Positions 9,499 to 16,462 of a stretch of 64,000 bases of DNA are shown in pieces. The stretch lies in the IMG/VR virus record IMGVR_UViG_3300030104_007230, positions 1 through 64,000 of that record. One strand, 5' to 3'. The notes under the pieces are model-generated. The model was not told where the DNA came from and did no database searches. It was given only the letters and a program-made list of their open reading frames with translations. The position numbers and the translations under genes were made by a program. This DNA is from an uncultured virus (IMG/VR IMGVR_UViG_3300030104_007230). Its lineage: Duplodnaviria > Heunggongvirae > Uroviricota > Caudoviricetes. The stretch's first letter is position 1, and each line of letters opens with the position of its first letter.

Positions 9499-9978
9499 TT
9501 AATGATTTATTTCGTGGTCCCAAGGATTAACTAATAAAGATACTCTTTTCCCTTGGTAATTCTCTACTGTGTGGTATTTTCCAGGAGGAAAAATCACAAG
9601 TCTATTAGTTTTTGGACTAATTATATAGTCATCTTCAATAAGTAGCTTTCCTCCTTCAAGATTTGAAACTTCTAGATAATAAACTGTTGAACAAATAGGA
9701 AAGACTAACTTCTTTTCCTTTTCAAAAAGCTTTTCATCTTTGTCATAATGCCAATTTGGTTTAGTACCATTGTGACCCCAAAATTCATAACCAACAGTTT
9801 TTGATAAATCGAAATAATTTGAGGCAATATTTAACATTTGAATACAAAAATCTTTGTATTTATGTTGATAATTAAGAGGATACCAATCTAAAGGAACAAG
9901 ATCTTCAGTTAAAAGTGAATTTAATTCTGATGGAATGTCATTTAAAACATTATCGAAAACTAATACTGAATTATTCAT
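9499..9978 (-). CDS. 2OG-Fe(II) oxygenase (prolyl-4-hydroxylase-like)
   Basis: HxD motif WHYDKDE, STVYYL...LEGGKL, PKTNRLVIFPPGKYHTV, distal R-x-S. Confidence 0.85.
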   Translation of the reverse strand: MNNSVLVFDNVLNDIPSELNSLLTEDLVPLDWYPLNYQHKYKDFCIQMLNIASNYFDLSKTVGYEFWGHNGTKPNWHYDKDEKLFEKEKKLVFPICSTVYYLEVSNLEGGKLLIEDDYIISPKTNRLVIFPPGKYHTVENYQGKRVSLLVNPWDHEINH

Positions 9979-10672
9979 CTAAATCTACCCAATTTAGTGG
10001 ATTAACTATACACATCTCATTATCTGAAGTAATACCTTCTTTACCTGTTATTAGAATGTCATATACAACTGAGTATCTTGGGAATTTTCCAAAATAAGGT
10101 TGAACACAATGGAATAAACTTGAAGGAAAGATGATAATTTTATTAACTTCTGGTGTGTAATTAATAGTTGTAAGACTTGGATAGGGAAGTTTATCTACAT
10201 AAGGTGCTAAAGGCACATACCATAAAGGATGAGTAAGAGGAGCTGTTATTTCTAATTCTCCTCCAGAAGATTCATCAACTTGAAGATAAAATATTACACT
10301 TAAATGTGAATTAAGATGGTTATGACGTTCAACAGCCTTACTAGCGTGATCTATTTTTCTTGTATCATCGCAAGCTACAATCCAAGATTTTGAAGAAAAT
10401 AGATTGAGATTGTTATAATCAACTCCAAATACCTCTAGATAGTTCTTGCAATGATTAAATACCTCTTTGTTTAACCATTTAAATTCTGGTTTATGAGCTA
10501 TTTGATAATCACCAGTAACATCTCCTGTTACATTTGCTGCGTCTTCTAATTTATCTTCATTATTTAGATGAAAATCCACTGCATATTGCAGCATTCTTTT
10601 ACTAACATTTCTTTCTGGTTCTAATGTTTCATCATAAATAACTGTAGGAAACCAAGATTTTAGTGCCATCAA
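9971..10672 (-). CDS. Putative 2OG-Fe(II) oxygenase (TIGR02466-like)
   Basis: WFPTVIY, HNHLNSHLSVIFYL, GGEL, IIIFPSSLFHCVQPY...RYSVVYD. Confidence 0.85.
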   Translation of the reverse strand: MMALKSWFPTVIYDETLEPERNVSKRMLQYAVDFHLNNEDKLEDAANVTGDVTGDYQIAHKPEFKWLNKEVFNHCKNYLEVFGVDYNNLNLFSSKSWIVACDDTRKIDHASKAVERHNHLNSHLSVIFYLQVDESSGGELEITAPLTHPLWYVPLAPYVDKLPYPSLTTINYTPEVNKIIIFPSSLFHCVQPYFGKFPRYSVVYDILITGKEGITSDNEMCIVNPLNWVDLDE

Positions 10673-10887
10673 AGATATGCTTTAGAAATATTCGTAGCAA
10701 ATCCTATTACAGTTACACCTGCAGCAATCACTGCAGCTGCACCTATCACCCATTTTTCTACTACTTTTAAACGTTCTTTTAAATCCTCTTGTTTCTCTTC
10801 TAAACGTTCAATTTTTAATTGCATTACAGTAATTTTTGTTTCCTGTGATGCATCAAGTCCTAGTTCTGTCATGGATAACACCTCCAA
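10669..10887 (-). CDS. Coiled-coil protein with C-terminal TM helix (XhlA/holin-like architecture)
   Basis: KIERLEEKQEDLKERLKVVEKWVIGAAAVIAAGVTVIGF. Confidence 0.55.
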   Translation of the reverse strand: MEVLSMTELGLDASQETKITVMQLKIERLEEKQEDLKERLKVVEKWVIGAAAVIAAGVTVIGFATNISKAYL

Positions 10888-11793
10888 GAGGTCCTCTAAA
10901 TGTTTCGTATTCTATTTGTAGTTTACCTTCTTTATAAACACGTGCTCGTGCTGTATAACGATGGCTCATTAAGCGAGCAAAACTCTGGCAACTATGCCCA
11001 TTAACAAAGCGAAAGGACTTAACAAGTGTTGATAGAGTGCACAACCATTTTCCTTCAGAAGTTTTACAAACCTTAGGAAGCAGCATTGCTATCTTGGAAT
11101 CTAATTCTTTCTTAGATTGTTTGTAATTGTAAGAACTAGCCATTGGTTTTTGATTCGTAGTATTCAGTAAGTTTGTTTTTCCAGTATTGCCTATCAGCAT
11201 CAGTAATCCAAGGATTGTGAACTTGAATACAGGCATGTTGTAACCATTCTTCTTCTTTTCTCTGATCTTTATCTGGAGTTTTAGAAGAGTCTTTCAAATT
11301 AAAAAGATTTAGGGTGAGTAACTACATCTCCTTTTATCTCTCCGATGTCATCGATGTGAGCGTGGTCAATTTGAGCATGGTCAATAGTGACATGAAAATC
11401 TTCTAAGGAATCAGCTATCCTTGTTAGAACTTTATCAAGTTTTTGCAAAGGAACTTCTTCATTAGAACTAATAGAAGAAGCTGCTTCTCGTTGTCTCATA
11501 TAATACTTAGCTGTGTAAGGAGTAATTGAGACTATTGCATAGTATTCAAAGTCATCAGGTACACCGCTATCGTTAGTATTTAGAAAGAAACAGACTTGCC
11601 AACCGCCTGTAGCAATGTCGATAGGACGACCGTGGCGCATTAACTCACATGTGGAATGACTTTTGATGTAAAGCATTTTGCTTTCTACATCAGGACTGCC
11701 TTGTGGATTAGCTACGCATAAAAATTCGGCAGCATCCTTTAGTTGTCTTTCATCAAAGCCCCACCAAATTGTGGGTTGATAGTCTAATTTCAT
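10853..11793 (-). other. Three hypothetical genes (MASSYNYK... from ~11143; a ~53-aa TTG-start ORF at ~11136-11297; 11299-11793)
   Basis: Track ORF 10853-11236 appears over-extended through a separate short ORF (KDSSKTPDKDQRKEEEWLQHAC...). Confidence 0.5.
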
Positions 11794-12245
11794 TGTTTAA
11801 TCTCCTGTTTAAATTTTTGAAGAGCGTCTTGTAAGATCATTTTTGCTACCGTAGCTTTACTTATAGAAGGACCTGGCCCTCCTGACAAAGAAAATTTAAT
11901 ATTATTAAATACAGTGCTATGTACTTTTTCATCTACAAGATCAGTAATCTCTTCTAGTAATTTATAAAATTCATAATCTAGACGTAGATTTAACTGTCTC
12001 TTTTCAGCAGCTTTTCCACGTACAATAGTTAATTGTATTTCTTCAGAAGTTATATTAAAGTCTGAAAGTAATTTACAAATTTCAAATTTCTTTATACCAA
12101 AATGTATTGATAAATCAGTTATACTTTCACCTTCGTTGAAGCGTTCTATAATTTTCTCCATATTTATAGTACGTGTAGGTGAAGGTTTCTTCATATAATC
12201 TTTTCGAAAAGCCTTAGCCAAATGTTGTTTAGTTGAGTTTTCCAT
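11790..12245 (-). CDS. Putative transcription regulator, HTH plus ribbon-helix-helix
   Basis: IIERFNEGESITDLSIHFGIKKFEICKLL (HTH); KRQLNLRLDYEFYKLL...SKATVAKMILQDAL (RHH-like). Confidence 0.6.
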   Translation of the reverse strand: MENSTKQHLAKAFRKDYMKKPSPTRTINMEKIIERFNEGESITDLSIHFGIKKFEICKLLSDFNITSEEIQLTIVRGKAAEKRQLNLRLDYEFYKLLEEITDLVDEKVHSTVFNNIKFSLSGGPGPSISKATVAKMILQDALQKFKQEIKQ

Positions 12246-12507
12246 GATTTAGTTTATAAAGCGAAGAACTAATGATAATAATCAAGGATAAATATCCTAT
12301 TAGATCTGAATAATCCATCATTTAAAGCCAAATAATAAGAATAAGGAAAGAATTATGGAGATAGATTCCATAATTGCACGTAGTAGTAGCAAGGGAACTG
12401 AGTTTGTCATAATAATGTGCAGTCACTGAAGACTGCTGAAAATCTAATAGACTTTAAGCAACCATCAAGTACCTTTTAATACTTTGGAATCATTAAGCAA
12501 AGATAAA

Positions 12508-12538
12508 GAGCCAGAGAAGAAGATCTCCCCTGGCTTTT
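12508..12538. terminator. Hairpin AGCCAGAGA...CCCCTGGCT, possible bidirectional terminator or processing stem
   Basis: Inverted repeat directly after the stop of 12542-12796, with U-rich flanks. Confidence 0.45.
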
Positions 12539-12541
12539 AAC

Positions 12542-12796
12542 TTAAGAAGTAGCGTAGCCTTTCAGATTAATTCCAATATTATTCTGAAGCTTGTACCCTT
12601 TCTTTAATAAATTAGCAACCGACATTCTAATTACCTTTAAAGGTGCTTCTAGTCGGATGTATTTAGATGTTGCAGTAGCAGGATCGATGTTAGTCATTTC
12701 TGCAAAGCAACGATTATCATCAGAACTATCACGTCTTACTGTTACCAGAAAAGCATCGTGGTCATTCTTCTGATAGATAAAAGATTCAGTAGTCAT
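12542..12796 (-). CDS. Hypothetical early protein (start MTTESF)
   Basis: The track N-terminus MRDSPSLCT is a read-through of the repeated leader element. Confidence 0.65.
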   Translation of the reverse strand: MTTESFIYQKNDHDAFLVTVRRDSSDDNRCFAEMTNIDPATATSKYIRLEAPLKVIRMSVANLLKKGYKLQNNIGINLKGYATS

Positions 12797-12810
12797 AAGA
12801 CTAATTGTAG

Positions 12811-12878
12811 GTGTACAAAGGGAGGGTGAGTCCCTCATGGAGTTAACTCTTTCGAGAATAACTCCAAGAGAAAATCAA
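12811..12878 (-). repeat. Structured leader, family I copy 1 (long hairpin plus CTTTGTACAC box)
   Basis: TGATTTTCTC-TT-GGAGTTA-TT-CTC-GAAA-GAG-T-TAACTCC-AT-GAGGGACTCA-CCCTCC-CTTTGTACAC; box ends 14 nt before ATG. Confidence 0.85.
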
Positions 12879-12892
12879 ACATTCAGCAATAA

Positions 12893-13249
12893 TTAGGGCT
12901 TCATAGGAGTATCATCAGTCCAATGATCAATCTTGTTAATATCTAATATGAACCAAAATTGGTTCTTTAATCTATTCCAAAAAGAATAAGATTTGATAGG
13001 TTTAGAAATAGATTTCCATTGGGAAGCTCTGCCTCTGGTGGATGCATACCAGAAACCTTGCTTTTCATCAAATTTGTCTGGATTAAAACCTGCTTCTCTA
13101 GCTTCGTATGGAAGAGGTTTGTTAAACATCCAATCAAATGATGTATTAATCTCTTTATTAGCCCATTTACTGAAAGCAAGAGCTTCTTCTTTCGTTTGAA
13201 ATTTGATACGTTCTCTTTCAACGAAAGTTCCGTAAACGTAATAAGACAT
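12893..13249 (-). CDS. Hypothetical early protein (start MSYYVY)
   Basis: ATG lies 14 nt after the CTTTGTACAC box, the same spacing as copy 1. Confidence 0.65.
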   Translation of the reverse strand: MSYYVYGTFVERERIKFQTKEEALAFSKWANKEINTSFDWMFNKPLPYEAREAGFNPDKFDEKQGFWYASTRGRASQWKSISKPIKSYSFWNRLKNQFWFILDINKIDHWTDDTPMKP

Positions 13250-13263
13250 TAGATAAAATTTAA

Positions 13264-13324
13264 GTGTACAAAGGGATGGTGAGTCCCTCAGTCTGCCCCC
13301 GAAGGAGCAGAGGGAGAGAATCAA
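13264..13324 (-). repeat. Structured leader, family I copy 2
   Basis: TGATTCTCTC-CC-TCTGCTCC-TTCG-GGGGCAGA-CT-GAGGGACTCA-CCATCC-CTTTGTACAC; different upper stem with a UUCG loop. Confidence 0.85.
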
Positions 13325-13467
13325 GTTTCAGTCTTAGAGATTGTATTTTGGATACGTTTCCAAATACGCTCTTTAGCTCTTTCCATTTCCACAGCATTAA
13401 GAACACGCTTTGGCAGTAAAGACCTTAAGAAATCCTCTTCAACATCTTGAAAACTACGTTTAGTCAT
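13321..13467 (-). CDS. Small basic protein (48 aa)
   Basis: Hand translation MTKRSFQDVEEDFLRSLLPKRVLNAVEMERAKERIWKRIQNTISKTET; its TGA starts the family I stem. Confidence 0.6.
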   Translation of the reverse strand: MTKRSFQDVEEDFLRSLLPKRVLNAVEMERAKERIWKRIQNTISKTET

Positions 13468-14102
13468 TTAACTTCCACAGTTTCGATACGATGTTTCATA
13501 TCTTGTAGCCAATTAGAAACTTTAGGTGCAAGATCTGCATAAACTTTCTTGGCATCAGCTACTAAATCATTCCATTCCTTACTATGTTCATCAACACGTA
13601 GTTTCAAATCGCTTTGATAACTAAGTCGTTGATTCCCAAAGAATGGAATGACTTGTGGAACTCCTTGCTTAAGAGAAGCAATATGTTCTTCTAAGTTTGT
13701 AATTTTGGCTTCTAAAGCAGCCGTCTTTTGTGCATCCATTTCGTTTAGTTTAGTCATTAGTAATTCAGCTTTCTTCTTTCCAGAATAAGCGAAGGATAGT
13801 TCAACAGCTTGTGCTGTTAATACTTTATCCTTCTCTACTAACGCTTCACTAGCAGACTTAAATGCTTTATAAAACGATAATTTAGACCCTTTCTGATACT
13901 CAGGTAGCTTATTTAGCTCTTGAGATTCAGTAAGAGGTTTCTTCTTACTATTAAATGTCTCTTCTTTAATAGTGTCTAATTCTAATACTGGACTAGGTTC
14001 TATTAAAGATGACTTTTCAGTAGTAACAGAGGTGTCAGCCACAACTGAAGCTAAAGAAGTATGTTGTCTTCTTGCTCGCTTGGAGGATGATCTTCGTGAC
14101 AT
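13464..14102 (-). CDS. Coiled-coil hypothetical early protein
   Basis: 212-aa ORF, Arg-rich N-terminus, heptad-like central region. Confidence 0.7.
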   Translation of the reverse strand: MSRRSSSKRARRQHTSLASVVADTSVTTEKSSLIEPSPVLELDTIKEETFNSKKKPLTESQELNKLPEYQKGSKLSFYKAFKSASEALVEKDKVLTAQAVELSFAYSGKKKAELLMTKLNEMDAQKTAALEAKITNLEEHIASLKQGVPQVIPFFGNQRLSYQSDLKLRVDEHSKEWNDLVADAKKVYADLAPKVSNWLQDMKHRIETVEVK

Positions 14103-14122
14103 AAGTCAGAAGGCAAAGGACA

Positions 14123-14149
14123 TGAGCAGTTTGAAGACTTGCTCAGGTC
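14123..14149 (-). ncRNA. H-type pseudoknot module (family III copy 1)
   Basis: GAC-C-TGAGCA-A-GTC-TTCAAAC-TGCTCA: S1 GAC/GTC, S2 TGAGCA/TGCTCA. Confidence 0.7.
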
Positions 14150-14152
14150 AAA

Positions 14153-14197
14153 AGTTGAGGGAGGAATTGAACCTCCCCAAAGTCACTAGACTCAACT
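14153..14197 (-). ncRNA. tRNA-like T-loop three-way junction (family II copy B)
   Basis: AGTTGA-GTC TAGT GAC-TTT-GGGGAGG TTCAATT CCTCCC-TCAACT, 5 nt after the SSB stop codon. Confidence 0.75.
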
Positions 14198-14202
14198 CAC
14201 TG

Positions 14203-14565
14203 TTATGAAACAGCAGCAGTTTCGTTAGCTTCAGCACGTTGTGCTTTGCTAACTTCACCAAGGCGTAGAGTTGTAGGAGCATCAGTTACGATAACTTCCA
14301 TACGACTACGACGTTCACCATCTTGTGACTCCCAGGTCTTATAACGAAGCCTGAAAGTTACAGCGATTGTGTCACCTTGGTTATAACGATTAAGAATGCT
14401 GTTACCAATACCGTTATATGCAGTAAGAGGTAAAGCAGATTCTTCATCTGAACTGCCAACTGGCTTAATTCGAAACTCAGTTACAGTCAAAGAACCTTTA
14501 GGATTCTTCTGTGTAATTGGTGAGACGATAGTGCCAGTGATACCACCGAAGTTGGTAGAATTCAT
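14203..14565 (-). CDS. ssb: Single-stranded DNA-binding protein (OB fold)
   Basis: N...ITGTIVSP...VTEFRI...LTAYNGIG...QGDTIAVTFRLRYKTWESQDGERRSRMEVIV; GGAG upstream of ATG 14565; lacks the acidic DDDIPF tail. Confidence 0.85.
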   Translation of the reverse strand: MNSTNFGGITGTIVSPITQKNPKGSLTVTEFRIKPVGSSDEESALPLTAYNGIGNSILNRYNQGDTIAVTFRLRYKTWESQDGERRSRMEVIVTDAPTTLRLGEVSKAQRAEANETAAVS

Positions 14566-14581
14566 GGATAAACTCCATAAG

Positions 14582-14656
14582 GTGTACAAAGGAATAGAAA
14601 ACTATTCCAAGAACTGAAGGAGGAATTGCACCTCCTTAAAGCCTCTAGGCTCAGTC
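14582..14656 (-). ncRNA. tRNA-like T-loop junction (family II copy C, 14612-14656) plus hairpin and CTTTGTACAC box
   Basis: GACTGA-GCC TAGA GGC-TTT-AAGGAGG TGCAATT CCTCCT-TCAGTT, then GGAATAG-TTTT-CTATTCC-TTTGTACAC; compensatory changes versus copy B in all three helices. Confidence 0.75.
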
Positions 14657-14658
14657 TG

Positions 14659-15093
14659 TTAATAGCCTCGATAATCATCAAGGTTATCTACAGGATTCTC
14701 GAACTCATCTAGTTCTTCTGAATACCAAGCCATGTGATAACGTACAAAACCTACAATTTGCTCCCATGTCATATGATCCATAGGAGATTGCGGAGCTGTA
14801 CCAGATGCCAAACACATAACTTCATATGTAGTCGGATCTGCTGCTAATCCAAGGTTTCCATGTATTCCACTCTTATTGGGAGGCATGGTAACGATAGATA
14901 GCTTCAAAGGACCATATTGGTATGTCAAACGATAGCGAATACAACCACTTTCGTTACAACAAGTGAAATCCGAGGGTGTTACTTCATAAATAGGCTTAGA
15001 AGTAACAGGGATCTTTTGCATGGGCATTAGATCAAGTGGACTACTCTCAGTGAGTAGTAATGCCATGCCAGGAGATTTGATCTCCCAGCTCAT
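14659..15093 (-). CDS. Hypothetical early protein
   Basis: 144-aa ORF; its TAA begins the TAACAG that precedes family II copy C. Confidence 0.65.
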   Translation of the reverse strand: MSWEIKSPGMALLLTESSPLDLMPMQKIPVTSKPIYEVTPSDFTCCNESGCIRYRLTYQYGPLKLSIVTMPPNKSGIHGNLGLAADPTTYEVMCLASGTAPQSPMDHMTWEQIVGFVRYHMAWYSEELDEFENPVDNLDDYRGY

Positions 15094-15095
15094 GC

Positions 15096-15338
15096 TTATG
15101 ACATGGCAGATTCAGTACAAGACATCTCTTCATAGAAATCTTGCATAATCAAATCAATATCTTTTATAGATAAATGACATGCTTGTTGAATAGGTTTTGT
15201 ATCTATACAAACAGGCTCACCTCTATAATTAAATCTCCAATAAGACATAAAAGTTACACCTGGTTTGACTGGATACTCAACCCAGTCTTTAACTTTAGGT
15301 CTTGGATAAGATAAAGATTTGTAAGTAACAGTTGCCAT
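15096..15338 (-). CDS. Hypothetical early protein
   Basis: 80-aa ORF downstream of family I copy 3. Confidence 0.65.
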   Translation of the reverse strand: MATVTYKSLSYPRPKVKDWVEYPVKPGVTFMSYWRFNYRGEPVCIDTKPIQQACHLSIKDIDLIMQDFYEEMSCTESAMS

Positions 15339-15346
15339 AGTAAATA

Positions 15347-15418
15347 GTGGGCAAAGAACAAGGGAGTGAATCCCTCATGGAGCCAACTCTTTCGAGAATG
15401 ACTCCAGGAGAAAGTCAA
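15347..15418 (-). repeat. Structured leader, family I copy 3
   Basis: TGACTTTCTC-CT-GGAGTCA-TT-CTC-GAAA-GAG-T-TGGCTCC-AT-GAGGGATTCA-CTCCC...CTTTGCCCAC; the TGA is the upstream stop codon. Confidence 0.85.
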
Positions 15419-15726
15419 GAAGCTACTCCAGCTGAAGTTTCTTCTGATTTATCAGCTATAAAGTCAGGCACTACAACTACATTCTGCTTTGCAGCTTTAG
15501 CAGTTGTCTTCTTAGCACGAGGCTTTCTAGTTGACGTAGCCTTTCCAGGCTTCTTCTCATCTTCAGGTCTGATTAGATCAGCAAGTTTAATCCTGCTATT
15601 TCTAATCTGAGTTTTCACAGTGGCATGTAACTTAGATTTCTCCTCTTTATCAGATTTGATATAAGCCCATGTAGCTGCTCCAACTCCTATGCTCACAGAA
15701 GCGAGCAAAACGAAAGAAGTTTTCAT
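15415..15726 (-). CDS. First early gene: N-terminal TM helix plus Lys/Ala-rich histone-H1-like tail
   Basis: MKTSFVLLASVSIGVGAATWAY...KKPGKATSTRKPRAKKTTAKAAK. Confidence 0.7.
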   Translation of the reverse strand: MKTSFVLLASVSIGVGAATWAYIKSDKEEKSKLHATVKTQIRNSRIKLADLIRPEDEKKPGKATSTRKPRAKKTTAKAAKQNVVVVPDFIADKSEETSAGVAS

Positions 15727-15746
15727 GGTGAAAGATGTAAAGAACA

Positions 15747-15826
15747 TAAATAGTTTTAAGACATATTCAGGTCAAGACCGAGTAAAGGAATCGAACCTTC
15801 CTAGTCTTTCGACTAGCCATCTCGGT
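15747..15826 (-). ncRNA. tRNA-like T-loop junction (family II copy A, 15777-15826) followed by a pseudoknot (family III copy 2, 15747-15773)
   Basis: ACCGAG-ATGG-CTAGTC GAAA GACTAG-G-AAGG TTCGATT CCTT-TA-CTCGGT, then GAC-C-TGAATA-T-GTC-TTAAAAC-TATTTA. Confidence 0.75.
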
Positions 15827-15841
15827 TACTCATTCAGGTAC

Positions 15842-16050
15842 TTTCCAGTCGTGGACTAGAAAAATAGACGCAGGCTTATTAAGTTACCTGCTACTTATGT
15901 AAGTTATACAGAAAGATCAAAAACCTAACTATCACTAGTCTTATAGGTTTTCCACACGTTCTGCCGAACATAAGACCTTTCAAGAAAGGCGACTCATCTT
16001 CAGGCGGCCCCATCCCATCTAAGATGAGAAAGTGACGAGAAGATAGGGAC
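15842..16050 (-). ncRNA. Multi-helix structured leader or ncRNA at the start of the early transcript
   Basis: Helices CTCATCTT/AAGATGAG, GCCTTTC/GAAAGGT, GTCTTAT/ATAAGAC crossing AAAACCT/AGGTTTT, GCAGG/CCTGC, TTTCTAGTC/GACTGGAAA; no ORF in the track. Confidence 0.55.
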
Positions 16051-16462
16051 ATTTAGGGGTAAAAAAGGCATAAATACCTAGTTTTATACCAAAATGAGTC
16101 ATTATTCATTCATTTGTGATGCGTTAAAACTTTCCACGATGAAGTTTTACTAATACAAAACAAATTAAAAGAGGAATAAATCCTTTACTTAAAGACTTAT
16201 TCTCTTTAGTTTTGAACGTAGTCATAATTAAAAGAATAATTACATTAAAAAAAATAGAACTCCTTCGCTTCGCTACAGGTACGGACGTTGGATGCATACC
16301 ACCGTCCTCTTTCTTTTTTTTCTCTCAGCAACACTCTTAAAGAGTATTACTCCAGATGTAAAAACGAGATTTCACCCCAAATTGGTAGTTTTAATGGAGG
16401 TTTGGGGGTAATTAGTAGGTTGGTACAACTTAAAATTAATAAATCAAGCGTTTTATAGATAG

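Noticed and set aside
12811..12822. CCCTTTGTACAC resembles the conserved SSU rRNA 1390 region
   Set aside because: Only ~12 nt, same sense rather than complementary, and no further rRNA similarity; not an rRNA fragment
12797..13324. Shared peptide RDSPSLCT in two track ORFs
   Set aside because: Artefact of translating the repeated non-coding family I leader; the true starts are downstream
14123..14149. Self-cleaving ribozyme (hammerhead, pistol) or preQ1 riboswitch
   Set aside because: Lacks the CUGAnGA/GAAA core, the pistol P2/P3 elements and the preQ1 loop consensus; only the pseudoknot topology is supported
14153..15826. tRNA genes suggested by GGTTCGATTCC / GGTTCAATTCC
   Set aside because: Only 45-50 nt, with no full D and anticodon arms and no CCA; kept as tRNA-like elements instead
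4042..15903. ACTTATGTAAG near-palindrome at 4042 and 15893 as a shared operator
   Set aside because: Two copies of an AT-rich 11-mer in 64 kb can arise by chance
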